From the NCBI GenBank assembly GCA_041579655.1, contig JBFGFG010000001.1, positions 1-34,935 on the forward strand: a stretch of DNA of 34,935 nucleotides, given 5' to 3'. The notes beneath the pieces were generated by a model. It saw nothing but the letters and a program-made list of their open reading frames with translations, was not told where the DNA came from and searched no databases. A program made the position numbers and the translations under genes. Position 1 is the first letter of the stretch, and every line of letters begins with the position of its first letter. Positions 23,814-31,795 of this stretch are shown here, piece by piece. The DNA is from Nitriliruptoraceae bacterium. Its GTDB lineage: Bacteria > Actinomycetota > Nitriliruptoria > Nitriliruptorales > Nitriliruptoraceae.

Positions 23814-26800
23814 TCAGCCGTCCAACGCGACGGCCGTGCACGTCCTGGTCCTCTTGTCGCAGTCCTTCGGCTGCCACTGCTGCTTTGTCAGACCGGCCAG
23901 CGGTCCACCGATGATCCGGTCGACGCGCATCCCGTCCTTGAGGGTGCGCGGAGCACCCTCGACCCGTGTACGGCCGTCGAGCGGGTTGTCCGGACCTGCG
24001 ACCTCACGCTCGCCGTCGTCGCCCCCGTCGCTGCCGGGCGCGTCCGGGGCGTCGCCCGGGGCGTCACCCCCTGGTGCCTCCGGCGCGTCACCCTCCGGCG
24101 CGTTCCCGTCGGGCGCGTCACCCTCCGGCGCGTTCCCGTCGGGCGCGTCACCCTCTGGCGTGTCACCGTCGGGCGTGTCACCGTCGGGGGCGTCCGGAGC
24201 CGGGGCGTCCGAGCGACCCTCGCCGCCGCCGGCCTCGGCGACGTAGGTGTACGCGGCCGGGTGCAGGATCTCCTCGCCGGCACCGCTCACCACCACGTCT
24301 CGCAGACCGGGCATCGAGGCCTTCGTCGTCAGACCCAGCGACCACGTGGTCACCACGTCAGGCGCGTGCACCTGGTCACCGATGCGGACGTAGTACACCT
24401 CGCTCGGGTCGAAGGTGCCGTCGACGGTCAGCCACGTGCCACCGCTCGCCGGGCCGCTCGCGGGCCACACCGACGTCCCCGCCGGAGGCTCGCCGGCGCC
24501 GTCGCCGCCGCCGACCCCGCCTGGGCCGTCACGGTCGGGGCCACGCTCGCCGCCACCCGTGCCGGGCGTGCCGCCCTCGTCACCGGGCGGTGGGCTGGTC
24601 GCACCGCCACCGTCGTCGGGCTGGGGCGTGGGCGTGCCCGCGCCCGGGGCAGGGGCGTCGCCACCCGTTGCTGGGTCGCCAGCGCCAGGGGCCGGCGTCC
24701 CACCACCAGGCGTCGGGGTGTCCCCGGTCGTCGGGGCGTCATCGCCCGGCGCATCCGGCTGCGGCGCGCCGGGGCTGCCGCCGTCCGGGCCGCCGTCGAC
24801 GGGCGCGTCCGTGCCATCGTCCGTCGGCGGGGGCGTGCCCTCTTCGGTGGGCGGCGGCGTGCCGTCGTCGACCGGCTCGTCGTCCTCGGGAGCAGGGCTC
24901 CCCGCATCCGCGTCCGGGGCCGGCTCGGTGACCTCCGGGTGCTCCCAGGTCTCGCCCTGCTTCGGGTCCTGGTGGACGTCGAGGAACACGGCGACCGGCT
25001 CGACGAGCTGGCGCGTCGCGGTCGTGGCGTGGATCACCAGGGCGTAGTCGCCCTTGGGCAGGTAGGTGTCCACGACCAGCTCCAGCGTCCCCTCCTCGAG
25101 GGCGACCTGCTGGGACGGGGTCAGCGCGGGGACGTCGATCATCCCCTTCTCGTTGGTGGTGAGCATCGTGCTGACGCCGCCGACGGTCACCACCAGCCGG
25201 TGCTCGAGCACCGCGTACGGCTCCTTCTTCTCGATCCGTGCGAGCTGGAGGTCGACGTGCGCGCCGGCCTCCACCGCGCCCGGTAGCCCCACGCGCGCCA
25301 GCATGTCGGCGTTGTTGGGGACCTGCTTGCCCGAGCCCTGCACGGTCGCGGCCAGCACGCCCAGCGGGACGTCGTCAGGGTTCAGCGCCAGCGGGGCAGA
25401 CACGCGCCCCTCGGTGACGGCCCGGCCGCGCAGCTCCTTGTCCGTCACCACGGCCGCCAGCACGACATCGCGGATCTGAGCGGCGTCGCGGGTGTCCCAC
25501 GACTGGGCGGCGACGGCGGCCACGGCCGACACCATCGGCGCGGCCATCGAGGTGCCGGACATGTACGCCCAGCTGTTGCCGGGGATCGCCGACAGCACGT
25601 GCTCGCCGGGTGCGAACACGTCAACGCTCGTCGCCCCGTGGTTGGACCACTTCGAGATCGTGCTGTCGTTGCCGTGGCTCCCCACGGCGATGACGTTGTC
25701 GAGGTCGTAGGACGCGGGGTACCTCGGCTTCTTGTCGTAGTCGCCGCCGGTGTTGCCGGCCGCGGCAACCACGAGCACGCCGGACTGCTGCGCCCGGCTG
25801 ATCGCCGCGAACATCGACGCCGAGGGGCGCGAGCCGCCCAGCGACAGGTTGATCACGTGCGCGCCGTTGTCGATCGCGTACTCGATCGCGGCCGTCACCC
25901 GCGTGTCCGGGGCAGCGCCCCCGTCGAACACCTTCAGCGACATGATCCGCGCACCCGACGCCAGGGCGGCGATGCCCGCGCCCTCGCCGGTCCGGGCCGC
26001 GATCAGCCCGGCCACGTGCGTGCCGTGGACGTTGTCCGCGCCGAGGTCGTACGGCGTGTTGTCGCCGCGGGCGAAGTCCCAGCCGTCGCAGTCGTCGATG
26101 TAGCCGTTGTCGTCGTCGTCGACCCGGTTGTCGCACACCTCGGCGTCGTTGGTCCACAGCTGACCGGCGAGGTCGGGGTGCGTCGGGTCCACGCCGCTGT
26201 CGATCACCGCGACCACCACGCCGCTGCCGTCGGCGAGGCCGACGGTGCCGACGAGACCGACGTCCACGCCGGCCACGCCGGCCTTGTTGTCCACGACATC
26301 ACCGTCGTTGACGAGCCCCCACTGGTGCTCCACGTACGGGTCGTCGGTCACGAACGGCTCGACGAGACCCACGGGCTGCACACCCACCACGCCCGGGATC
26401 GCGGCCACGTCGGCCTCGCCCATCGCGCGGCCCACCAGCTCGTAGCGGTTGCCGCCGACCGGGTTGACCTCCTCCACGGAGCTCGCGAGCTGCTCGAACG
26501 CGTCACGCACCGCAGCGTCCACCGCCACGCGTCCGGTGCCGGCCGCGGCGGTCGGACGTGCCAGGCGCCGGCCCGACCCGATCGCGAGCAGCCCGCCCCA
26601 GCCGACCTCGCCGAGGTCACCGACGAGGTAGCGGTCGTTCGCCGAGAACCCGTCGCTGTCGCGAGCGTCAGCCGTGTCCTGCGTGGCATCGGTCGCGGCG
26701 GACTCGGCGGCTGCGGTGAGCAGCGCGGCGTGGTCGACGGCGACCTCGTAGCGGTCACGGTGGTCGACACCGTCCACGAGCGGCATCCCGCCGACGCCGT

Positions 26801-26918
26801 ACATCGCCAGCGTCTCGAAGCGCTCGGAGCGTGCCGACACCCCGAGCAGCGACTGACCGGTCAGACCGGCGACCGCAACGGCCGCGATCCCTGCAAGGAC
26901 TCCACCACGCACACCCAC
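23814..26918 (-). CDS. S8 (subtilisin-like) serine peptidase, paralog of 20779..23673, with Pro/Asp/Gly-rich linkers
   Basis: AVIDSG, HGTHVAG, AAGNTG and SGTSMAAP motifs, with DDDDNGYIDD. The domain order matches the neighbour. GTG 26918 has AAGGAG 5 nt upstream, mirroring the paralog (the track start 26975 is probably an extension). Confidence 0.88.
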   Translation of the reverse strand: MGVRGGVLAGIAAVAVAGLTGQSLLGVSARSERFETLAMYGVGGMPLVDGVDHRDRYEVAVDHAALLTAAAESAATDATQDTADARDSDGFSANDRYLVGDLGEVGWGGLLAIGSGRRLARPTAAAGTGRVAVDAAVRDAFEQLASSVEEVNPVGGNRYELVGRAMGEADVAAIPGVVGVQPVGLVEPFVTDDPYVEHQWGLVNDGDVVDNKAGVAGVDVGLVGTVGLADGSGVVVAVIDSGVDPTHPDLAGQLWTNDAEVCDNRVDDDDNGYIDDCDGWDFARGDNTPYDLGADNVHGTHVAGLIAARTGEGAGIAALASGARIMSLKVFDGGAAPDTRVTAAIEYAIDNGAHVINLSLGGSRPSASMFAAISRAQQSGVLVVAAAGNTGGDYDKKPRYPASYDLDNVIAVGSHGNDSTISKWSNHGATSVDVFAPGEHVLSAIPGNSWAYMSGTSMAAPMVSAVAAVAAQSWDTRDAAQIRDVVLAAVVTDKELRGRAVTEGRVSAPLALNPDDVPLGVLAATVQGSGKQVPNNADMLARVGLPGAVEAGAHVDLQLARIEKKEPYAVLEHRLVVTVGGVSTMLTTNEKGMIDVPALTPSQQVALEEGTLELVVDTYLPKGDYALVIHATTATRQLVEPVAVFLDVHQDPKQGETWEHPEVTEPAPDADAGSPAPEDDEPVDDGTPPPTEEGTPPPTDDGTDAPVDGGPDGGSPGAPQPDAPGDDAPTTGDTPTPGGGTPAPGAGDPATGGDAPAPGAGTPTPQPDDGGGATSPPPGDEGGTPGTGGGERGPDRDGPGGVGGGDGAGEPPAGTSVWPASGPASGGTWLTVDGTFDPSEVYYVRIGDQVHAPDVVTTWSLGLTTKASMPGLRDVVVSGAGEEILHPAAYTYVAEAGGGEGRSDAPAPDAPDGDTPDGDTPEGDAPDGNAPEGDAPDGNAPEGDAPEAPGGDAPGDAPDAPGSDGGDDGEREVAGPDNPLDGRTRVEGAPRTLKDGMRVDRIIGGPLAGLTKQQWQPKDCDKRTRTCTAVALDG
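24082..24171. repeat. in-frame 30-nt tandem repeat (3 units, first two identical) encoding (D/E)G(D/N)(A/T)P pentapeptides
   Basis: GGCGCGTCACCCTCCGGCGCGTTCCCGTCG occurs at 24082..24111 and again at 24112..24141. A diverged third unit occupies 24142..24171, with 15-nt relatives on both sides. Confidence 0.9.
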
Positions 26919-27261
26919 AGCCACTCCTTGGCTCCCCCGCCGCCCCGATCGACGACCTTCCACACCCCTTCCCATCGGCGCTTCATGACGGTGAGTGCAT
27001 GAACGGACGCTGCAGGCGAGGATTCGGTGTCACCCAGCGCACGTTGTGAGCCCGACGACACGCGGGCGTGCGCAGCTGGCGCCCGATGGGACGCCGAGCA
27101 TGGTCGCCCCGACCACCGTCACGTAGTCACACGTCAGGCGTCCGCGGCCGGACCGCACGGACACCCACCCGGCCTCGGGGTTTGTCCGAACGTGGTTCAG
27201 GGCATGGTTCGCCAGGCCCGCCTTCCCCCGACGGCTCGTGCACACGAGCAAGGACCACCCC

Positions 27262-27465
27262 ATGAGGACGCGACCCTCCCTGTCGCTGCGCAGCGCCACC
27301 CCCGACGCACGCCAGACGACCTCCTCCCCGAGCGGCATCGACATGAGCCGCATCCCGCCGCGCCTGCACGCCACCGTCACGCGCGCCGAGGCCGTGGCCC
27401 GCGCTGCCCGCGGCGAGGCCCCCACCGCGTCGTACCACCAGGACGTGATCACGCCGGCCGCCTGA
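27262..27465 (+). CDS. small hypothetical protein (67 aa)
   Basis: ATG 27262 has AAGGA 6 nt upstream. Third positions are almost all G/C by eye. It is followed by the strong hairpin at 27482..27530. No recognisable motif. Confidence 0.4.
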   Translation: MRTRPSLSLRSATPDARQTTSSPSGIDMSRIPPRLHATVTRAEAVARAARGEAPTASYHQDVITPAA

Positions 27466-27481
27466 GCAGCGCGGCATCGAC

Positions 27482-27530
27482 CAACGACAGCACGACGCCC
27501 GGAGCGGTTGCTCTGGGCGTCGTGTCGTTG
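27482..27530. terminator. long bulged hairpin between the convergent small ORF and katG (bidirectional terminator candidate)
   Basis: CAACGA(cag)CACGACGCCC ... GGGCGTCGTGTCGTTG gives 10 + 6 bp with a 3-nt bulge. The apical GGAGC-GGTT-GCTCT can add 5 more pairs. It lies 21 nt after the katG stop. Confidence 0.7.
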
Positions 27531-27550
27531 CTGTGGCGGTACGACCCGCG

Positions 27551-29716
27551 TCAGGCCTTGACGTCGAACCGGTCGTTCATCATGACCTTGTCCCAGCCGG
27601 CGACGAACGTCTGCAGGAAGCGCTCGGTCGCGTCGTCGGTGGCGAACTCCTCGGCGATCGCCCGCAGCTGCGAGTTCGAGCCGAAGATCAGGTCAGCCCG
27701 CGTCGCGGTCCAGCGGACCTCGTCGCTGCCCCGCGCCTTGCCCTCGAACACGTCCTCGCCCTCACCGACGGGCGACCACACGGTGCCCATGTCGAGGAGG
27801 TTGACGAAGAAGTCGTTCGTGAGCTGACCCGGACGGTCGGTGAACACACCGTGCGTGTTGCCCTCACCGGCGTTGGCGCCGATGACCCGCATGCCGGCGA
27901 CGAGCGCCGCCATCTCCGGAGCCGACAGCTTGAGCAGGAACGCCTTGTCCACCATCAGGTGCTCGGCGAGCACGCCGCCACCCTTCTGGATGTAGTTGCG
28001 GAACGCGTCGGCCTTCGGCTCGAGGAACGCGAAGGTGTCGACCTCGGTCATCTCCTGCGTCGCGTCGGTGCGACCCGGGGTGAACGGCACGGTGATGTCG
28101 TGGCCGGCAGCCTTCGCCGCCTGCTCGACGCCCACGCAGCCGCCGAGCACGATCAGGTCGGCCAGCGACACGTTGGTGTCCGAGGCGTCCTTGATCGACT
28201 CGAGCGCGCTGATGACGGTGCCCACGCCGGAGCTGACGTTGACGTCCCAACCGGCCTGCGGCTCGAGCCGCACGCGTGCGCCGTTGGCGCCACCGCGGTG
28301 GTCGGTCTGGCGGTACGTCGAGGCGGACGCCCACGCGGTCTTCACCAGCTGCGCCGGGGTCAGGCCCGATTCGGCGATCTGCTGCTTGAGCGTCGCGATC
28401 TCGGCGTCACCGATGAGCGCACCCTCGTGGGCCGGGACCGGGTCCTGCCAGATGAGCACCTCGTCGGGCGTCTGCGGGCCGAGGTAACGGTCCACGGAGC
28501 CCATGTCACGGTGCAGCAGCTTGAACCACGCCTTGGCGAACGCGTCGGCGAGCTGGTCGGGGTTCTCGCGGAAGCGCTTCGAGATCTCGAGGTACGCCGG
28601 GTCGGTGATCAGCGCCAGGTCGGCGGTGGTCATCACCGGCTTGTTCATCTTCCCCTCGATGTGGGCATCGGGGACCATGAAGCCCTCGTTGACCTGCTTG
28701 GGCTCCCACTGCTTGGCGCCTGCCGGCGACTCGGTGAGCTCCCACTGGTGGCCGAACAGCGTCTCGAGGTAGCTGTTGTCCCACGTCGTCGGGGTCGGGG
28801 TCCACGCACCCTCGAGCCCGGATGTGATGGTGTACGCACCCAGCCCGGTCTCGTGCGAGCTGGTCCAGCCCATGCCCTGCTCGTGCAGCTTGCCGGCCTC
28901 GGGCGCCTCGCCGACCTTGTCAGCGGGGCCGTTGCCGTGCATCTTGCCGAAGGTGTGACCACCGACGACCAGCGCGACGGTCTCCTCGTCGTTCATCGCC
29001 ATGCGACCGAAGGTCTGACGGATGTCGTGCGCCGACTTCATCGCGTCCGGGACGCCGTTGGGGCCCTCCGGGTTGACGTAGATCAGACCCATCTGGACCG
29101 CGGCGAGCGGGTTGTCGAGCTCGCGGTCGTTGGTCTCGAAGGTGCCCTGGTAGCGGGCGTCCTTGTCGTCGAGCCACTCGGTCTCGGGGCCCCAGTAGAT
29201 GTCGTCCTCGGGCGCCCAGATGTCGGCGCGACCGAAGGCGAAGCCGAAGGTCCGGAAGCCCATCGTCTCGAGCGCGCGGTTGCCCGCGAACACGAACAGG
29301 TCGGCCCACGAGATCGCCTCGCCGTACTTCTTCTTGATCGGCCACAGCAGGCGACGTGCCTTGTCGAGGTTGCCGTTGTCGGGCCACGAGTTCAGCGGGG
29401 CGTAGCGCTGCGCGCCGGTGCCACCGCCACCGCGACCGTCGGTCTGGCGGTAGGTGCCGGCCGCGTGCCAGGACATGCGGATGAAGAACGGGCCGTAGTG
29501 ACCCCAGTCGGCGGGCCACCACTCCTGCGAGTCGGTCATCAGCGCGTCGACGTCGGCGGTGAGCGCGTCGACGTCGAGGGCCGAGAACGCCTCGGCGTAG
29601 TCGTAGTCAGCGCCGTGCGGGCTGGCGTCGGGGTGCTTCTGGTGCAGGACGTTGAGCTTGAGCTGCTCGGGCCACCAGTCGTGGTTGGACGGGACGTTCT
29701 TGCTCGGTGCGGACAC
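27551..29716 (-). CDS. katG: catalase-peroxidase
   Basis: 721 aa. Hallmark N-terminal domain sequence [25 protein letters not shown] and two-domain length. GTG start with GGAG 5 nt upstream. Confidence 0.95.
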   Translation of the reverse strand: MSAPSKNVPSNHDWWPEQLKLNVLHQKHPDASPHGADYDYAEAFSALDVDALTADVDALMTDSQEWWPADWGHYGPFFIRMSWHAAGTYRQTDGRGGGGTGAQRYAPLNSWPDNGNLDKARRLLWPIKKKYGEAISWADLFVFAGNRALETMGFRTFGFAFGRADIWAPEDDIYWGPETEWLDDKDARYQGTFETNDRELDNPLAAVQMGLIYVNPEGPNGVPDAMKSAHDIRQTFGRMAMNDEETVALVVGGHTFGKMHGNGPADKVGEAPEAGKLHEQGMGWTSSHETGLGAYTITSGLEGAWTPTPTTWDNSYLETLFGHQWELTESPAGAKQWEPKQVNEGFMVPDAHIEGKMNKPVMTTADLALITDPAYLEISKRFRENPDQLADAFAKAWFKLLHRDMGSVDRYLGPQTPDEVLIWQDPVPAHEGALIGDAEIATLKQQIAESGLTPAQLVKTAWASASTYRQTDHRGGANGARVRLEPQAGWDVNVSSGVGTVISALESIKDASDTNVSLADLIVLGGCVGVEQAAKAAGHDITVPFTPGRTDATQEMTEVDTFAFLEPKADAFRNYIQKGGGVLAEHLMVDKAFLLKLSAPEMAALVAGMRVIGANAGEGNTHGVFTDRPGQLTNDFFVNLLDMGTVWSPVGEGEDVFEGKARGSDEVRWTATRADLIFGSNSQLRAIAEEFATDDATERFLQTFVAGWDKVMMNDRFDVKA

Positions 29717-29746
29717 GTGTGGCTCCGTGGAAGGTGTGACGGGGTG

Positions 29747-29769
29747 TGTTCCAGACCCTAGAACAGTTC
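29747..29769. promoter_or_regulatory. candidate Fur-family operator: TGTTC-N9-GAACA overlapping the palindrome GAACAGTTC
   Basis: Read directly in the 112-nt katG/fur divergent intergenic region. It lies 31-53 nt from the katG start and about 60 nt from the fur start. Confidence 0.35.
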
Positions 29770-29828
29770 CAAGCCCGGAGCAACCCGGACCTTGCTACGG
29801 TTCGACAGGATGGAAGGACCACCACGTG

Positions 29829-30233
29829 ATGACACCGCTCATCGACCGGCTGCGGTCGAGGGACGACTGGCGCCTCACCGCGCAGCGTCGTGTCATCGCC
29901 GAGGTGATGACCGGCCAGCACGTGCACCTCGCCGCGCACGAGGTGCTCGAGCGCGCCCGTGCGATCCTGCCCGAGGTGAGCCAGGCCACCGTCTACAACA
30001 CGCTCAACGAGCTCGTCGCGCTCGGCGAGCTGGTCGAGCTGACCCACGCTGACGGCCGCAAGCGCTACGACCCCAACGTCGGCGAGCGGCACCACCACCT
30101 CGTCTGCGTCGACTGCGGGACGATGCGCGACGTGGACGCAGACGACCCGAGCCTCGCTGCGGCGCAGCACCACGGCTTCGACGTGCTGAGCGTCGAGGTC
30201 ACCTTCCGCGCCCGCTGCCCCGACTGCGCCTGA
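29829..30233 (+). CDS. furA: Fur family transcriptional regulator (FurA/PerR-like, paired with katG)
   Basis: 134 aa from ATG 29829 (in-frame GTG 29826). Winged-helix region QATVYNTLNELVALG, metal motifs HHHLVCVDCG and CPDC, and divergent adjacency to katG. Confidence 0.87.
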   Translation: MTPLIDRLRSRDDWRLTAQRRVIAEVMTGQHVHLAAHEVLERARAILPEVSQATVYNTLNELVALGELVELTHADGRKRYDPNVGERHHHLVCVDCGTMRDVDADDPSLAAAQHHGFDVLSVEVTFRARCPDCA

Positions 30234-30310
30234 GCATGGCGAGCGGTGCAGCTCACCCCGATGACCATCGTCACTGTCCTGTCCACGAGCCGACGACCAC
30301 ACTTCCCAGT

Positions 30311-30456
30311 GGCAGGACTTGAGGCCACGGGAGCTCGATCAGCACTTCGACGGGAGTCGGGGGACCCCCGAGCGAGGGCTGTCCACGATGACAGCGACCG
30401 TCACGACCGGTTCCAGGCATGACGACCAGGAATCCGGCAGCGCCTCAAGTCCTGCC
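30311..30456. other. 146-nt element bounded by a perfect 15-bp inverted repeat, with internal hairpins (structured RNA / complex terminator / miniature element candidate)
   Basis: GGCAGGACTTGAGGC (30311..30325) is the exact reverse complement of GCCTCAAGTCCTGCC (30442..30456). Inside are the palindrome TCGGGGGACCCCCGA and the hairpin CCGGTTCCAGG...CCAGGAATCCGG. Confidence 0.6.
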
Positions 30457-30487
30457 GCCACCCCCGCCAGCTGGGGACCCGCGGGCG

Positions 30488-31795
30488 TCACTCCGAGCCC
30501 GGCGATCGGGCTGGCAGCTCGACGATGAAGCGTGAGCCGCCGCCCGCCCGGTCCTCACCACGGACCTTCCCGCCGTGGAGCTCCGCGAACAGCCGCACCA
30601 GGCTGAGCCCGATGCCCGTGCCACCGGGGTCCTCGTCGTGGCTGGCCGCGCTGACGAACGGCGAGAACATGTTCTCCCGGATCTCGTCCGGGACACCGGG
30701 CCCCTCGTCCTCGACGAGGATCGTGACCCCATCGCGGTCGCCGAGCACCTGCACGCGGACCGGCGTCCCAGCCGGCGTGTGCTTCGCCGCGTTCAGGAGC
30801 AGGTTCTGGACGATCTGCTCCACCCGCACGTCGTCGAGCTCGACGGTGACCGGGGTTCCCAGCACCGACACCGGATGGTCCCCCATGTCGAGCTGGCCGA
30901 TCACGTCGTGGACGAGCGCGAGGACGTCGGTCGGGGCCCGTCGCGCGGTGACCCTGCCTCGCGTGAAGTGGTCGAGGTCCAGCAGGTCGGCCAGGAGCCG
31001 GCTCAGCCGCCTCGCGCTCTCGACCATCCGACCGGCGATCTGGCCCACGGCCTCACGCGGCAGCCCGGGGTTGCTGGCGATCGACTGCGCCCCGGTCTCC
31101 AAGGTGACCAGCGGCGCGCGCAGGTCGTGTGCCGCCGCGGTGAGGAACGCGTCCTTCCACAGGTCGATCTCGCGCAGCTGCTCGTACTCCTCGGCGGTCT
31201 CCGCGAGCTCGCGCCGCAGCGCGTGCCGCGCGGCCCGCTCGGCGGTGACGTCGCGCAGCACCCAGCGCAGCTCGTCGCCCGCAGCGTCCCGGCGGGGCCC
31301 CGCAACGATGTCGACGGAGGCGATCACCTCGCTGCCGCGCCGGGGCTGCAGCGTCACGTCCCAGCCACGCACCGACGTGCCCAGGGCGAGGTCGAGCAGC
31401 TGTCGCCGGAAGGCCTCACGGGAGCCCGGCGCCACGAACGTCGCCAGCACGCGACGGCGCAGCAGGTCGCGCGGCACCCCAAGCAGCGTCGCGGCCGCGT
31501 GGTTCAGCTCGACGATGCCACCGTCGGGGTCGGTGACGATGTAGGGGACCGGGGCGTGCTCGAACAGCTCGCGGAAGGCACGCTCCCGGTCGGCGAGCTC
31601 GTCGCGGGCCACCGCGAGCTCCTCGCTGCGCAGCTGCTGCTCCTGCGCGCTGGCCTCCAGCTCCCGGAGGGCGATCGCGAGCGCCTCGAACGCCTCGTCG
31701 ACCTCCGGGGGGCCGTCACCGTCCGGCGTCGCACCGCGCAGCTCGGTCAGCCGCTCCCTGGCTGCGGCGATGTACTCCCCGAGCCCCCACGTCAC
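30488..31795 (-). CDS. soluble coiled-coil + PAS sensor histidine kinase
   Basis: H-box AAAHDLRAPL, N-box LLLNAAKHTP, G1 DEGPGV, G2 GGTGIGLSL, and a PAS-like FEHAPVPYIVTDPDGGIVELN. No TM segment. The GTG start overlaps the upstream stop (GTGA). Confidence 0.88.
   Translation of the reverse strand: MTWGLGEYIAAARERLTELRGATPDGDGPPEVDEAFEALAIALRELEASAQEQQLRSEELAVARDELADRERAFRELFEHAPVPYIVTDPDGGIVELNHAAATLLGVPRDLLRRRVLATFVAPGSREAFRRQLLDLALGTSVRGWDVTLQPRRGSEVIASVDIVAGPRRDAAGDELRWVLRDVTAERAARHALRRELAETAEEYEQLREIDLWKDAFLTAAAHDLRAPLVTLETGAQSIASNPGLPREAVGQIAGRMVESARRLSRLLADLLDLDHFTRGRVTARRAPTDVLALVHDVIGQLDMGDHPVSVLGTPVTVELDDVRVEQIVQNLLLNAAKHTPAGTPVRVQVLGDRDGVTILVEDEGPGVPDEIRENMFSPFVSAASHDEDPGGTGIGLSLVRLFAELHGGKVRGEDRAGGGSRFIVELPARSPGSE

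Noticed and set aside
24082-24171. The tandem direct repeats here and at 32254..32379, considered as a possible CRISPR or minisatellite.
   Set aside because: The units are contiguous with no spacers, are multiples of 3 nt, and are in frame within well-supported CDSs. They are coding repeats.
26983-27006. The CATGACGG / CATGAACGG direct repeat upstream of the second S8 gene, considered as a second binding site for the factor proposed at the 14742 palindrome.
   Set aside because: The shared words are only 8-9 nt. By rough estimate, about 0.2 chance occurrences are expected in the window. It is mentioned only as a footnote.
30311-30456. Interpretation of the 15-bp terminal inverted repeats as a MITE.
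   Set aside because: No direct target-site duplication flanks the repeats (…CCCAGT | GCCACC…), and I see no second copy in the window. It is kept only as a minor alternative in the finding.
30319-30528. A 69-aa ORF (TTG start; internal ATG near 30388) inside the inverted-repeat element, considered as a small protein or leader peptide.
   Set aside because: Third-position G/C is only about 70% by hand count, well below real genes here. There is no RBS, and it would overlap the kinase 3' end by 40 nt. RNA or DNA structure explains the region better.
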